From the human T2T-CHM13v2.0 reference genome, Homo sapiens, in NCBI RefSeq assembly GCF_009914755.1, contig NC_060946.1: DNA of 64,000 bases; one strand, written 5' to 3'. Below, in pieces: positions 12,001-27,000 of the stretch. Both the position numbers and the translations under genes were made by a program. Each line of letters starts with the position of its first letter. The stretch's first letter is position 1. The notes under the pieces are model-generated. The model was given only the letters and a program-made list of their open reading frames with translations, made no database searches and had not been told where the DNA came from.

Positions 12001-15000
12001 CTTATACTGGATTTCAGCACAACGCTACGATAGTCTGAATATTTTTCTCTCACGTAGGATTCCAAAACACTGTTACGATGGTGTGAATGTTTTTCCCTCC
12101 CAAAGGATTTCAGAATACTGCTGCTGGGTTCTGAGTGTTTGTCCCTCATATAGGATTCTAGGACACTGCTACGAGGGTCTGAATGTTTTTCCCTCACATA
12201 GGATTCCAGAACACTGCTACTGGGGTCTGAATGTTTTTCCCTCACAAAAGACTGTAGAGCACTGTTACTGGGTTCTGTTTGTTTTTCCCTAACAAAGGAT
12301 TCCAGAGCACTGCAGCAGATTTCTTAGTGTTTGGCCCTCACATAGCATTGCAGAACAATTCTACGAGCTTCTGAATGTTTGATCTCACACAGGATTCCAG
12401 TACACAGTGGCTGGATTTTGAGTGTTTGTCCCTCACATAGGATTACAGAACACTGCTATGAGGTTCTGAGTGTTTGTCCCTCACAAAAGATTCTAGAACG
12501 CTGTTGCAGGCTTCTGAGTGTTTGTCACTCACGTAGGATTCCAAAACACTGCTACGAGGTTCTGAATATTTTTCCCTCACAAAGGATTCCAGAACACTGC
12601 AGCTGGGTTCTGAGTGTTTGTCCCTGACATGGAATTCGTGAACACTGCTACGAATTTCTGAATCTTGGTCGCTCACACAGGATTCCAAAACAGTGCTGCA
12701 GGGTCCTGAGTGTTCGTCCCTCACATAGGATCCCAGAACACTGTTACGAGGGTCTTAATGTTTTTCTCTCAGAAAGCATTCCGGAACACTGCCGCTAGGT
12801 TCTGTTTGTTTATCCCTCACAAAGGACTCCAGAGCACTGGTGCTAGTTTCTCAGTGTTTGTCCCTCACGAAGGATTGCAGAACAATTCTCCGAGTGTCTG
12901 AATGTTTGTCCCGCATATAGGATTCCAGAATACAGAGGCTGGGTTTTGAGTCTTTGTCCCTCATATACGATTCCAGAGCATTGCTGCGAAGTTCTTAATG
13001 TTTGTCGCTCACATAGGATTCCAGAACACTGCTGTAGTGTTCTATGTGTTTGTCCCTCACATAGGATTCGAGAACACTTCTGTAGGATTCTGAGTGTTTG
13101 TCCCTCTCATAGGATTAAAGAACATTGCCACCAGGTTCTGAATGTTTTTCCCTCATGAAGGATTCCACAGCACTGCTGCTGTGTTCTGAGTGTTTGTCCC
13201 TTACATAGGTTTCCAGAACACTGCTGTTGGGTTCTGAGAGTTTGTCCCTCACATAGGATTCCAGAACACAGCTACGAGGGTCCGAATGTTTTTCCCTCAA
13301 AAATGATTCCTAAACACTGCTACTGGTTTTGTTTGTTTTTCCTCACAAAGGATTCCAGAGCACAGCTGCTGGGTTCTACATGTTTTTCCCTCACATAGGA
13401 TTCCAGAACACTTCTATGAGTGTCTGAATGTTTGTCTCTAAGATAGGATTCCAGATCACAGTGGTTGGGTTCTGACTGTTTGTCCCTCACCTAGGATTCT
13501 AGGACACTGCTGCTGAGTTCTGAGTGTTTGTCCCTCACAAAGGATTACAGAACACTGCTGCTGAGTTCTGAGTCTTTGTCCCTCACATAGGATTGCAGAA
13601 CACTGCTACGAAGTTCTGAATCTTTGTCACTTGCACAGGATTCCAAATCACTGCTGCAGGGTTCTGAGTGTTTTCACCACACATAGGATTCCAGAACACT
13701 GCTGCTGGGTTCCTAGTGTTTGTTCCTCACAGAGGATTCCAGAACACTGCTTCGGGTGTCTGAATGTTTGTCCCTCACAAAGTATTCTAGAACACTGCTG
13801 CTGGGTTCTGAGTGTTTGTCACTCACATAAGACTCCAGAACACGGCTGCTGGGTGCTGAGTGTTTGTTCCTCACAAGGAATTCCAGAACACTGTTGCAGG
13901 GTTAAGAGAGTTTTTCCCACACATAGGTTTCCAGAACACTGCTAAGAGCTTCTGAATGTTTGTCCTTCACAAAGGATTCCAGAACACTGCTGCTGGGTTC
14001 TGAGGGTTTGTCCCTCACATAGGATTCCAAAACACTGCTAGTGGGATCTGTTTGTTAGTTCCTCACAAAGGATTACAAAGCACTGCTGCTGGATTCTGAG
14101 TGTGTGTCCCTCACATAGGATTCCAGAACACGACTGCTGTGTTCTGGGTGTTTGTTCCTCACATAGGATACCAGAACACTGCTACTGGGTTCACAGTGTT
14201 TGTCCCTCACATAGGATTCCAAAACACTGTTACAAGATTCTGAATGTTTGTCCCTCACAATCGATTCCACAACACTACTCCTGGGTTCTGAGAGTTTGTA
14301 CCTCACATAGGATTCAAGAACACTGCTACAGGGTTCTGTGTGTTTGCCCTGCACAAAGGATTACAGAGCACTGCTGCTGGTTTCTGAGTGTTTGTCCTTC
14401 ACATAGGATTCCAGAACACTGCTTCGAGTGTCTGAAGGTTTGTCCCTCACAAAAGATTCTAGAACACTGCTGCTGGGTTCTGAGTGTTTGCCCCTCACAT
14501 GGGATTCCGGAACACTGCTTTGAGTGTCTGAATGTTTTTCCCTCACAAATGTTTCCAGAACACGGCTGCTGGATTCTGTTTGTCCCTCACAAAGGATTCC
14601 ATAGCGCCGCTGATGGTTTCTGAGTGTTTGTCCCTCACATAGGATTCCAGAACACTTCTGCGATTGTCTGAATGTTTGTCCCTCCGAAAGGATTCCAGAG
14701 CACAGTGGCTGGATTCTTAGTGTTTGCCCCTCACGTAGGATTCCAGAACACTGCTGCTTGGTTCTGAGTGTTTAACCCTCCCATAGGATTCCAGAGCACT
14801 GCTGCTGGTTTCTGTTTGTTTGTTCCTCCCAAAGGATTACAGAGCACTGCTGTTGGGTTCTCAGTGTTTGTCCCTCACATACGATTCCAGAACACAGCTG
14901 TTTGATTCTGTGTGTTAGTGCCTCACATAGAATTCCAGAACACGGCTGCTGGGTTCTGAGTGTTTGTCCCTCACATAGGATTCCAGAACACTGCCGCTGG

Positions 15001-18000
15001 GTTCTGAATGTTTGTCCCTCACATAGGATTCCAAAACACTGTTACTGGTTTCTGAGTGTTTGTCCCTCTCATAGGATTCCAGAACACTGCTAATGGGTTC
15101 TGAGTGTTTGTCCCTCACATAGGATCCCAGAACACTGCTACGAGGGTCTAAATCTTTTTCCTTCACAAAGGATTCCAGAACACTGCTGCTGGTAACTGAG
15201 TGTGTGTCCCTCACATAGGATTCCAGAACACTATTTCGAGTGTCTGAATATCCCTCACAAAGTATTGTAGAACACTGCTGCTGGGCTCTTAGTGTTTGTC
15301 ACTCACTTAGGATTCCAGAACACTGCTGCTGGGTTCTGAGGGTTTGTCTCTCACATGATATTCGTGAACACTGCTGCGAAGTTCTGAATATTTGTTGTTC
15401 TCACAGGATTCCAAAACACTACTGCTGGGTTCTGAGTGTTTGTCCCTCACATAGGATTCCAGAACAATTTTATGAGGGACTTAAAGTTTTTTTCTCAGAA
15501 AGGATTCCAGAACACTGCTGCTGTTTTCTGTTTGTTTGTCCCTCACTGAGGACTCCAGAGCTCTGCTGCTGGTTTCTGAGTGTTTCTCCCTCACATAGAA
15601 TTTCAGAACACTCCTACGAGTTTCTAAATGTTTGTCCCTCAGATAGGATTCCAGAACACAGTAGCTGGGTTTTGAGTGTTTGTCCCTCACATAAGATTCC
15701 AGAACACTGCTACGAAGTTCTGAATGTTTGTCACTCACATAGGATTCCAGAACACTGCTTCTGTGTTCCGTTTTTTGTCCCTCACACAGGATTCCAAAAC
15801 ACTCCTGCAGGGTTTGGAATGTTTGTCCCTCACATTAGACTCCAGAACACTGCTGCTGTGTTCTGTGTGTCTGTACCTCAGGTACAATTCAAGAACACTA
15901 CTGCTGGGTTATGAGTGTTTGTCTCTCAAGTAGGATTCCAGAACACTGCTGCTGGTTTCTGAGAGTTTGTACCTCACATAGGATTCCAGAACACTGCAAC
16001 TGGGTTCTGAGTGTTTGTCCCTCTCATGGGATCCCAGAAAACTGTTATGAGGGTCTAAATGTTTGTTCATCACAAAGGATTCCAGAACACTGCTGCTGGG
16101 TTCTGATTCTTTGTCCCTCACATAGGATTACAGAGCACTGCTTCGAGTGTGTGAGTGTTTGTTCCTCACAAAGGATTCTAGAACACTGCTGCTGGGTTCT
16201 GAGTGTCACTCACTTAGGATTCCAGAACACTGCTGCTGGGTTCTGAGTGTTTGTCCCTCACATCTGATTCGTGAACACTTCCACGAAATTCTGAATACTT
16301 GTCCCTCACACAGGATTCCAAAACTCTACTGCTGGATTCTGAGTGTTTCTCCCTCATATAGGATTCCAGAACATTCTTTCGAGAGTCTTAATGTTTTCTC
16401 TCTGAAAGGATTCCAGAACACTGCGCTGGGTTCTTTATGTTTGTCCCTCACAAAGAACTCCAGAGCACTGCTACTGGTTTCTGAGTGTTTGCCCTCACAT
16501 AGGATTCCACAAAATTTCTATGAGTGTCTGAATGTTTGTCCCTCAGATAGTATTCCAGAACACAGTGGCTGGGGTTTGAGTGTTTGTCCCTCAAATAGGA
16601 TTCCAGAACACAGCTGCTGGGTGTTGAGAGGTTTTCCGTCACATAGGATTCCAGAACACTGTTACGAGGGTCTGAATGTTTTTCCCTCACAAAGGATTCC
16701 AGAGCACTGTTACTGGTTACTGCCTATTTTTCCTTCACGTAGGATTACAGAACACTTCTGCGAGTGTCTGAATGTTTGTCTCTCAGATAGGATTCGAGAA
16801 AACAGTGGCTGGGTTCTGAGTGTTTGTCCCTCACATACTATTCCAGAATACTGCCACTGGGTTCTCAGGGTTTTTCCCTCACATGGGATTCCAGAACACT
16901 GCTATGAAATTCTGAATCTTTTTCACTCACACAGGATCCCAAAACACTGCTGCTGGGCTCTGACAGTTTGTCCTTGACATAGGATTCCAGAACACCGCTG
17001 CTGGTTTCTGAGTGTTTGTCCCTAACATGGGATTCCAGAACACTGCTGCTGGGTTCAGTGTATTTGTCCCTCAAATGGGATTCCACAACACTGCTACAAG
17101 GTCCTGAATGTTTGTCCCTCAGAAACGAATCCAGAACACTACTGCTGGTTTCTGAGTGTTTGTCCCTGGCATAGGATTCCAGAACACTGCTGCTGCGTTC
17201 TGTTTGTTTGTCCCTTACAAAGGATTACAGAGCACTTCTGCTGGTTTCTGAGTGGTTGTCCCTCACATAGGATTCCAGAACCCTGCTTCGATTGTCTGAA
17301 TGTTTATCCCTCACAAAAAATTCTAGAACACTGCTGCTGGGTTCTGAGTGTTTGTCTCTCACATTGGATTCCAGAACACTGCTGCTGGGTTGTGAGTATT
17401 TGCCCATCACATAGGATTCCAGAGCACTGTTGCGAGGGTCTGAATGTTTTTCTCTCACAAAGGATTCCAGAACACTGCTGCTGTTTCTGTTTGTCCCTCA
17501 AAAAGGACTCTACAACACTTCTACGAGTCTCTGAATGTTTGTCACTCAGATAGGATTCCAGAAAACTGTGCAGACTTCTGAGTGTTTGTCCCTCACATAG
17601 GATTCCAGAACACTGCTGCTGGGTTCTGAGTGTTTGTCCTGCACCCAGAATTCGAGATCCCTGCTGTTGGGTTCTGAGTGTTCGTGCTCACATAGGATTC
17701 CAGGACACTGCTCCTGGGTTCGGAGTGTTTGTCTCTCGCATACGATCCCATAACACTGCTGCTGGGTTCTGAGTATTTGTCCCTCCCACAGGATTGCAGA
17801 ACACTGCTGCTGGGTTCTGAGCGTTTGTCCCCCACATGCGTTTCGTGAACACTGCTACGAAGTTCGGATTCTTTGTCGCTCACTCAGGATTCCAAAACAC
17901 TGCTGCTGGGTTCTGAGTGTTTGTCCCTCACATGGGATTACAGATCACAGCTGCTGTATTCTGAGTGTTTGTTCCTCACATAAGATACCAGAACATTGTT

Positions 18001-21000
18001 GCTGGGTTGTATGTGTTTGTCCCTCACATTGGATTCCAGAACACTGCTGCTAGGTTGTCCCTCACGTAGGATTCCAGAATACTGCTACAAGGGTATGAAA
18101 GTTTGTCTCTCACAAAGGATTCCAGAACACTGCTCCTGGTTTCTGGGTGTTTGTCCCTCACATATAATTCCCAAACACTGCTGTAAGGGTCTGAATATTT
18201 GTCCCTTATAGGGATTCCAGAACACTGTTTTTGAGTTCTGAGTGTTTGCCCCTCACAAAGGATTCCAGAACACTGCTACGAGGGTCCAAATGTTTGTCCC
18301 TCACAAAGGATTCCGTATCACTGCTATGAGTGTCTGAATTCTTGTCCCTCACATAGGATTCCAGAACACTGCTACTGGGTTCTGAGTGTTTGCCCTTCAC
18401 ATAGGATTCCAGAACACTGCTCCGAGGGTCTGAATGTTTGTCCCTCCCATAGGAATCCAGAACACTGCTGCTGGTTTGTGAGTGTATATCCCTCATATAG
18501 GATTCCAGAACATTTCTGCTGGGTTCTGAGTGTTTGTCCCTCATATAGGATACCAGAACACTGCTACTGGGTTCTGAGTGTTTCTCCCTCACATAGCATT
18601 CCTGAACACGGCTGCTGGGTTCTGAGTGTTTGTCCCTCACAAAAGAATGTAGAACTCTGCTGCTGGGTTCTGAGTGTTTGTCTCTCATCTAGGATTCCAG
18701 AACACTGCTGCTGGGTTCTGAGTGTTTCTCCCTCACTTAGGATCCCAGGACACTGCTACGAGGGTGTGAAAGTTTTTCCATCGCAAAGGATTCCAGAATA
18801 CTGCTCCTGGGTTCAGAGTGTTTGTCCCTCACATAGGATTATAGAACACTACTAAGAGGGTCTGAATGTTTTTCCCTCACATAGGATTCCAGAACACTGC
18901 TGCTCGGTTCTCAGTGTGTGTCCCTCACATAGGATTCCAGCATACTACTGCTGTGTTCTCAGTGTTTGTCCCTCACAGAGGATTCCAGAACACTGCTGCT
19001 GATTTCTGAGTGTTTGCCCTTCACATAGGATTCCAGAACACTGTCGCGAGGGTCTGAATGTTTGTCCATCACAAAGGATTCCAGAACACTGCTGCTGGGT
19101 TCTGAGTGTTTATCCCTCACAGAGGATTCCAGAACACTGCTGCTGTGTTCTGAGTGTTTGTCTCTCATCTAGGATTCCAGAACACTGCTGCTGGGTTCTG
19201 AGTGTTTGTCCCTCACTTAGGATCCCAGGACACTGCTACGAGGGTGTGAAAGTTTTTCCATCGCAAAGGATTCCAGAATACTGCTCCTGGGTTCAGAGTG
19301 TTTGTCCCTCACAGAGGATTCCAGAACTCTGCATCCAGGGTCTGAATTTTGTCCGTCGCAAAGGACTCTAGAACACTGCTCCTTTGTACTGAGTGTTTGT
19401 CACTCACATAGGATTCCTGAACACCACTGCTGGGTTCTGAGTGTTTGTCACTCACATGGGATTCCAGTACACTGCTGCTGGGTTCAGAGTGTTTCACCCT
19501 CTCATAGGATTCCATAACACTGCTATGAGGTTCCGAATGTTTGTCCCTCAGAAAGGACTCCAGAACACTCCTGCTGGGTTCTGAGTGTTTGTCCCTCACA
19601 TAGGATTCCAGAACACTTATATGAGTGTCTGAATGTTTTTCCCTCATATAGGATTCCAGAACACAGTGGCGGGGTTCTGAGTGTTTGTCCCTTACGTAGG
19701 ATTCCAGAACACTGCTGGTGGGTTCTGAGGGTTTGATCCTCATCTAGGATTCCAGAACACAGCTGTTGCATTCTGAGTGTTTATCCCTCAGATAAGTTTC
19801 CAGAACCCTGATGCTGGGTTCTGAGTGTTTGTCCCTCACATAGGATTCTAGAACACTGCTGCTGGGTTCTGAGTGTTTGTCCTTCACATAGGATTCCAAA
19901 ACACTGCCACGGGGTTCTGTTTGTTTGCCCATCACAAGGATTCCAGAACAGGATTGCTGGTTTCTGATTGTTTGTCCTTCACGTAGAATTCCGGAAAACT
20001 GCTACGAGTGTCTGAAAGTTTGTCAATCACAAAGGGTTCCAGAACACAGTGGCTGGGTTCTTAGTGTTTGTCCCTCACATAGGATTCCAGAAATTAATGC
20101 TGGTTTCTGAGTGTTTCTCCAACACATAGGATTCCAGAACCCTGCTGCTGGTTTCTGAGTGTTTGTCCCTCACATGGGATCCCAGAACACTGCTTCTGGG
20201 TTCTGATTGTTTCTCCTTCGCATATGATTCCAGAACACTACTAAGAGATTCTGAATGTTTGTCCCTCACAAAGGATTACAAAACACTGCTGCTGGGTACT
20301 TAGTGTTTGTCCCTCATACAGTAATCCAGAGGACTGCTACTGTGTTCTGAGTGTTTGTCCCTCACATAGGACACCAGAACTCTTCTATGAGTGTCTGATT
20401 ATTTATCACTCAGGTGGGATTCCAGAACACAGTGGCTGGGTTCTGAGTGTCTGTCCCTCACATCCGATTCCAGAACACTTCTTCGAGGGTCTGAAGTTTT
20501 GTCCCTCATAAATGATTCCAGAACTCTGCTGCAGGGTTCTGAGTGTTTGTCCCTCACATAGGATTCCAGAACACTGCTACAACGGTCTGAATGTTTGTCC
20601 ATCACAAAGGATTGCCCAACACTACTGCTCGGTTCTGAGTGGTTGTCCCTCACATAGGATTCCAGAACACTGTTTTGAGGGTAAGCATGTTTGTCCCTCA
20701 AAGAGGATTCTAGAACACTGCTTCTGTGTTCTGAGTGTTTGTGACTCACATAGGATGCCAGAACACTGCTAAGTGGGTCTGTATGATTTTTCCTCATATT
20801 GGATTCCAGAACACTGCTACTAAGTTCTGAATGTTTTTCCCTCACAAAGGATTCCAGAACAGTGTTGCTGGGTTCTGTTTGTCCCTCACAAAGGATTCCA
20901 GAGCACTGCTGCAGGTTTCTTAGTGTTTGTCTCCCACATAGGATTCCAGAATACTTCTACGAGGGTCTGAATGTTTGTCCCTCATATAGGATTCCAGTAC

Positions 21001-24000
21001 ATAGTGTCCGGGTTCTGAGTGTTTGTCGCTCACATAGGATTGCAGACAACTGCTGCTGGATTCTGAGTGTTTGTCCCTCACATAGGACTCCAGAACACTG
21101 CTGCTCAGTTCTGACTGTTTGTCACTCACATGGGATTCCAGAACACTGTTGTTGTGTTCTGAGAGTTTGTTCTCCACTTAGGATTCCAGAACACTGCTAC
21201 GAGGTTCTGAATGTTTGTCCCTGACAAAGGATTCCAGAACACTGCTGCTGAGTTCAGAGTGTTTGTCCCTCACAAGAAATTCCAGAGCACTGCTTCTAAG
21301 TTCTGAATGTTTGTTGCTTACATAGGATTTCAGAACACTGCTGCTGGGATCTGAGAGTTTGTCCCTCACTTAGGTGTCCGGAAGACTGCTGCTGTGTTCT
21401 GAGTGTTTTCCCTCATGTAGGATTCCAGAACACTGCTACGAGTGTCTGAATGGTTTTCCCTCACAAAGGTTTCCTAAACACTGTTGCTGTGTTCTGTTTG
21501 TTTGTCCCTCATAAAGGTTTCCAGAGCACTACCCACTACTACGAGGGTCTGAATGTTTGCCCATCACAAAGGATTGCACAACACTGCTGCTGGGTTCTGA
21601 GTGTTTGTACCTCACATAGGATTTCAGAACACTCCTGCTGGATTCTGAGTGTTTCTGCCTCACATACGATTTCAGAATACTGCTGCTGGGTTCCGAGAGT
21701 TTGTCACTCAAATAGGATTCCAGAAAACTGCTGCTGATTTCTGAGTGTTTTTCCCTCACTTATGATTCCAGAACACTGCTATGAGGTTCTGAATGCTTGT
21801 CTCTCACAAAGGATTCCAGAACAGTACTGATGGCTTCTGAGTGTTTGTCCCTCACTTAGGATTCCAGAACAATTCTACGGGGTTGTGAATGCTTGTCCCT
21901 CATAACGGATTCCAGAACACTGCTGCTGAGTTCTAAGTGTTTGTCCCTCACAGAGGATTCCACAGCACTGCTGCTGGTTTCCAAGTGATTGTCCCACGAA
22001 TAAGATTCCAGAATACTTCTACGAGTGTCTGAATGTTTGTCCCTCAGATATTATTCCAGAACACAGTGGCTGGGTTCTGAGTGTTTTTCCCCCACATAGG
22101 ATTCCAGAATACAGCTACGAATATCTGAATGTCACTCACATAGGATTTCAGAACACTGCTGCTGGGTTCTGAACGTTTCTCACTCACATAGGGTTCAAGA
22201 AAACTGCTATGAAGGTCTTAATGTTTGTCCATCAGTAAGGATTCCAGAATACTGCTTCAGGGATCTGAGTGTTTGTTTCATACATAGGATTCCAGAACCC
22301 TGTTTCGAGTTTCTGGATATTTGTCCCACACAGAGGATTCTAGAACACTGCTGCTGGTTTCTGAGGGTTTGTCACTCACATAGGATTCCAGAACACTGCT
22401 ACTGGGTTCTGAGTGTTTCTCCCTCACATAGGATTTCAGAACACTGCTGCTGGGTTCTGAGTGTTTGATCCTCACATGGGATTCCAGAACAATGCTAAGA
22501 AGTTCTGAGTCTATGTCGATCATACCGGATTCCAAAACACTGCTGCTGGGTTCTGAGCGTTTGTCCCTCACATTGTATTCCAGAAGATTGCTGCTGGGTT
22601 CTGAGTGTTTGTTCCTCACATAGGATTCCAGAACACTGCTACGAGGTTCTGAATGTTTGCCCATCACAAAGGATTCCAGAACACTTCTGTGGGGTTCTGA
22701 GTGTTTGTCCCTCACAAAGGATTCCAGAGAACTGCCGCTGGTTTCTGAGTGTTTGTCCCTCACAAAGGATTCCAGAGAACTGCCGCTGGTTTCTGAGTGT
22801 CCCTCACAAAGGATTCCAGAGAACTGCTGCTGGTTTCTGAGTGTTTGTCCCTCAGATAGGATTACAGAAAGCTTCTGAGAGTGTCTGAACGTTTGTCAAT
22901 TAAATAGGATTCCAGAACACAGTGGCTAGGAACTCAGTGTTTGTCCCTCACGTAGGATTCCAGAACAATGCTACGAGCATCTGAATGTTTGTCCATTCCA
23001 AAGGATTCCAGAACACTGCTACTGGGATCTGAGTGTTTGTCCCTCACGTGGGACTCCAGAACACTGCTTCGAGGTTCTGAAAGTTTGTCCCTCACAAGGA
23101 ATTCAAGAAAACAGCTGCTGGGTTCTGAGTCTTTGCCCCTAACATAGGATTCCAGAACACTGCTGCTGGGTTCTGAGTGTTTGCCCCTCACATGGGATTC
23201 CAGAACACTGCTGCTGGGTTCAGAGTATTTGTCCCTCACATAAGATTCCAGAACACTGCTGAGAGGTTCTGAATGTTTCTACCTCACAAAGGATTACAGA
23301 GCACTGCTGCTGGTTTCTGAGTATTTGTCCCTCACATAGGATTCCAGAACACTTCTAAGAGTGTCTGAAAGTTTGTCCCTCAGACAGGATTCCAGAACCC
23401 TGCTTCTTGGTTCTGAGGGATTGTACCTCACTTAGGATTCCGAAACACTGCTGCTGGGATCTGAGTGTTTGTCCCTTACATAGAATTCCAAAAAACTGCT
23501 ACGAAGTTCTGAATGTTTTTTGCTCACATAGGATTCCAGAAAAATGTTGCTGCTTTCTGAGTGTTTGTCCCTCACGTAGGATTCCAGAACACTGCTGCGA
23601 GTGTCTGAATGTTTATCCCTCACTAAGGATTCCAGAACACTTCTACTGGGTTCTGAGTGTTAGTCCCTCATATTAGGTTCCTCGACAATGCTACAAGTGT
23701 CTGAATATTTTTCCCTCACATAGGATTCCAAAACACCGCTGTTGGGTTGTGTTTGTTTGTCCTTCACAAAGGATTCCAGAGCACTGCTTCAGGTTTCTTA
23801 GTGTTTGTCCCTCACATAGGATTCCAGAACACTTCTACGAAAGTCTGAATGTTTGTCCCTCAGATAGTATTATAGAACACAGTGGCTGGGTCCTGAGTGT
23901 TTGTCCCTCATAAAGTATTCCAGAACACTGCTGCTGGGTTCTGAGTGTTTGTCCCTCACATAGGATTCCAGAACACTGCTTCGAACGTCTGAAAGTCTGT

Positions 24001-27000
24001 GCCTCACAAAGGATTCTAGAACACTACTGCTGGTTTCTGAGTGTTTGTCACTCACATAGGATTCCAGAACACTACTGCTGGTTTCTGAGTGTTTCTTCCT
24101 CACATGTGATTCCAGAACACTGCTATGAACTTCTGAATCTTTGTTGATCACATAGGATTCCAAAACATTGCTGTTGGGTTCTGAGTGTTTTTCCTTCTCA
24201 TAAGATTCCAGAACACTTTTACTGGGTTCTGAGTGTTTTTCCCTCATACTATTCCAGAACAATGCTACGAGGGTCTCAAAGATTTTCCCTCACAAAGGAT
24301 TCCAGAATATTGCTGCTGGGTTCTGAGTGTCTGTCACTCACATAGGATTACAGAACGCTACTGCTGGGTTCTGAGTGTTTTTCCCTCACTTAGGATTCCA
24401 GAACACTGCTGCTGGCTTCTGAGTGTTGTCCCTCACATATGATTCCAGAACACTCATGCTGGGTTCTGAGTGTTTATCCCTCATATAGGATTCCAGAAGA
24501 CTGCTACGGAGTTCTGAGCTTTTGTCCCTCACATAGGATTCCAGAACACTTCTACGAGTATCTGAATGTTTGTCCCTCAGATAGGATTCCAGAACACATT
24601 GGCTGGGTTCTCAGTGTTTGTCCCTCACATACGATACCAGAACACTGCTTTCAGGTTCTGAAGGTTTGTCCCTCACAAAGGATTCTATAACACTGCTTCT
24701 GGGTTCTGAGTGTTTTTCACTCACATGGGATTACAGAACACTGCTGCTGGGTTCTGAGTGTTTGTCCCTCACATGGGATTCCAAAACACTGCTTCTGGGT
24801 TCAGAGGGTTTCTTCCACACATACTATACCAGAACACTGCTATGAGGTTCTGAATGTTTGTCCCTCACAAAGGATTCCAGAACACTGCTGCTGGGTTCTG
24901 AGTGTTTGTCCCTCTCATAGGATTCTAGAACACTACTGCTGCGTTCTGATTGCTTGTCACTCACATTAATTACAAAACACTGCTGCTGGGTTCTGTATGT
25001 TTGTCCCTCTCAAAGGATTCCTGTGCACTGCTGCTGGTTTCTGAGTGTTTGTCCCTCACATAGGATTCCAGTACACCTCTAAGAGTCTCTGAACTTTGTC
25101 GATCACACAGGATGCCAGAACACTGCTGCTGGGTTCTCAGTGTTTGTCCATCACATAGGATTCCAGAACACTACTACTGGGTTCTGTTTGTTTGTCCGTC
25201 ACAAAGCATTACAGATCACCGCTGCTGGGTCCTGGGTGTTTCTGCCTAACATAGGATTCCAGAACACTGCTTGGAGGGTCTGAATGGTTGTCCCTCAGAA
25301 AAGATTCCAGAACACGGCTGCTGGGTTTTGAGTGCTTGTCCCTCACAAAGGTTTCTAGAACATTGCTGCTGGGTTCTGAATGTTTGTCCCTCACAAAGGA
25401 ATCTAGAACACTGCTGCTGGTTTCTGAGTATTTCTCCCTCACTTACGATTCCAGAACACTGCTGCTGGGTTCTGAGGGTTTTTCCCTCACATAGGATTAC
25501 AGAACACTGCTGCTGGGTTCTGAGTGTTTGTCCCTCACATATGATTCCAGAACACGGCTGCGAGGGTCTGAATGTTTGTCCATCATAAAGTATTCCAGAA
25601 CACTGCTGCTGGGTTCTGAGTGTTTGTCCCTCACATAGGATTCCAGAACACTGCAACGACGCTCTGAATGTTTGTCCATTCCAAAGGATTCCAGAACAGT
25701 GCTGTTAGGTTCTGAGTTTTTGTCCCTTTCATAGGATTCCAGAACAAAGTTTTGAGGTTCTCATTGTTTGTCCCTCACAAAGATTTCTGGAGTACTACTG
25801 CTGGCTTGTGTTTGTCACTCTCATAGGATTCCAGAAATCTACTGCTGGGTTCTGAGTGTTTGTCCCTCACGTTGGATTCCAGAACACTTCTACAAGTTTC
25901 TGAATGTATGTCCCTCGGATAGGATTCCAGAACACAGTGGCTGGGTTCTGCGTGCTTGTCCCCCACGTAGGATTCCAGAATACTGCTGTGAATATCTGAA
26001 TGTTTCTCTCTCACATAAGGTTTCAGAACACTGCAGCTGGGTTATGAACCTTTGTCAATCACATAGGATTATAGAAAACTGCTACGAGAGTCTGAATGTT
26101 TGTCCATCCCAAAGGATTCCACAACACTGCTGCTGGTATCTGAGTGTTTCTCCCTCACATAGGATTCCACAATCTTGCTTCCATGTTCCGAATATTTGTT
26201 CCTCATAGAGGATTCTAGAACACTGCTGCCAGTTCTGAGGGTTTGTCACTCACATAAGATTCCAGAACACTGTTGAAGGGTTCTGAGTGTTTATCCCTCA
26301 CGTTGGATTCCAGAACACTGCTGCTGGGTTCAGAGTGATTGTCCCTCACATACAATTCCAAAACAATGCTATGAGGTTCTGAAAGTTTGTCCTTCACAAA
26401 GGATTCCAGAACACTGCTTCTGGGTTCTGAGAGTTTCTCCCTCACTTAGGATTACAGAACACTACTGCTGGGTTCTGAGTGTTTGTCCGTCACATAAGAT
26501 TCCAGAACACTGCTGCTGGGTTCTGAGTGTTTGTCCCGCACATGGGATTCCAGCACACAGCTACGAAGTTGTAAATCTTTATTGATCACGCAGGATTCCA
26601 AAACACTGCTGCTGGATTCTGAGTGTCCTCACATAGGAATCCAGAGCACTGCTGCTGGGTTCTGAGTGTTTGTCCCTCACATAGGATTCCAGAACACTGC
26701 TACGAGGGTCTGAATGTTTGCCCATCACAAAGGATTCCAGAACACTGCGGCTGGGTTCTGAGTGTTTGTCCCTAACATAGGATTCCAGAGCACTGCTGTT
26801 GGTTTCTGAGTGTTTGTCCCTTACATAGGATTCCAGAACCCTTATATGAGTGTCTCAATGTTTGTCCCTCAGATAGGATTCCAGAACACAGTGGCTGGGT
26901 TCTGAGTGTTTGTCCCTCACATAGGATTCCAGAACACTGCTATGAGGGTCTGAATGTTTGTCCATCACATTGGATTCTGGAGCACTGCTGCTGGGTTCTG

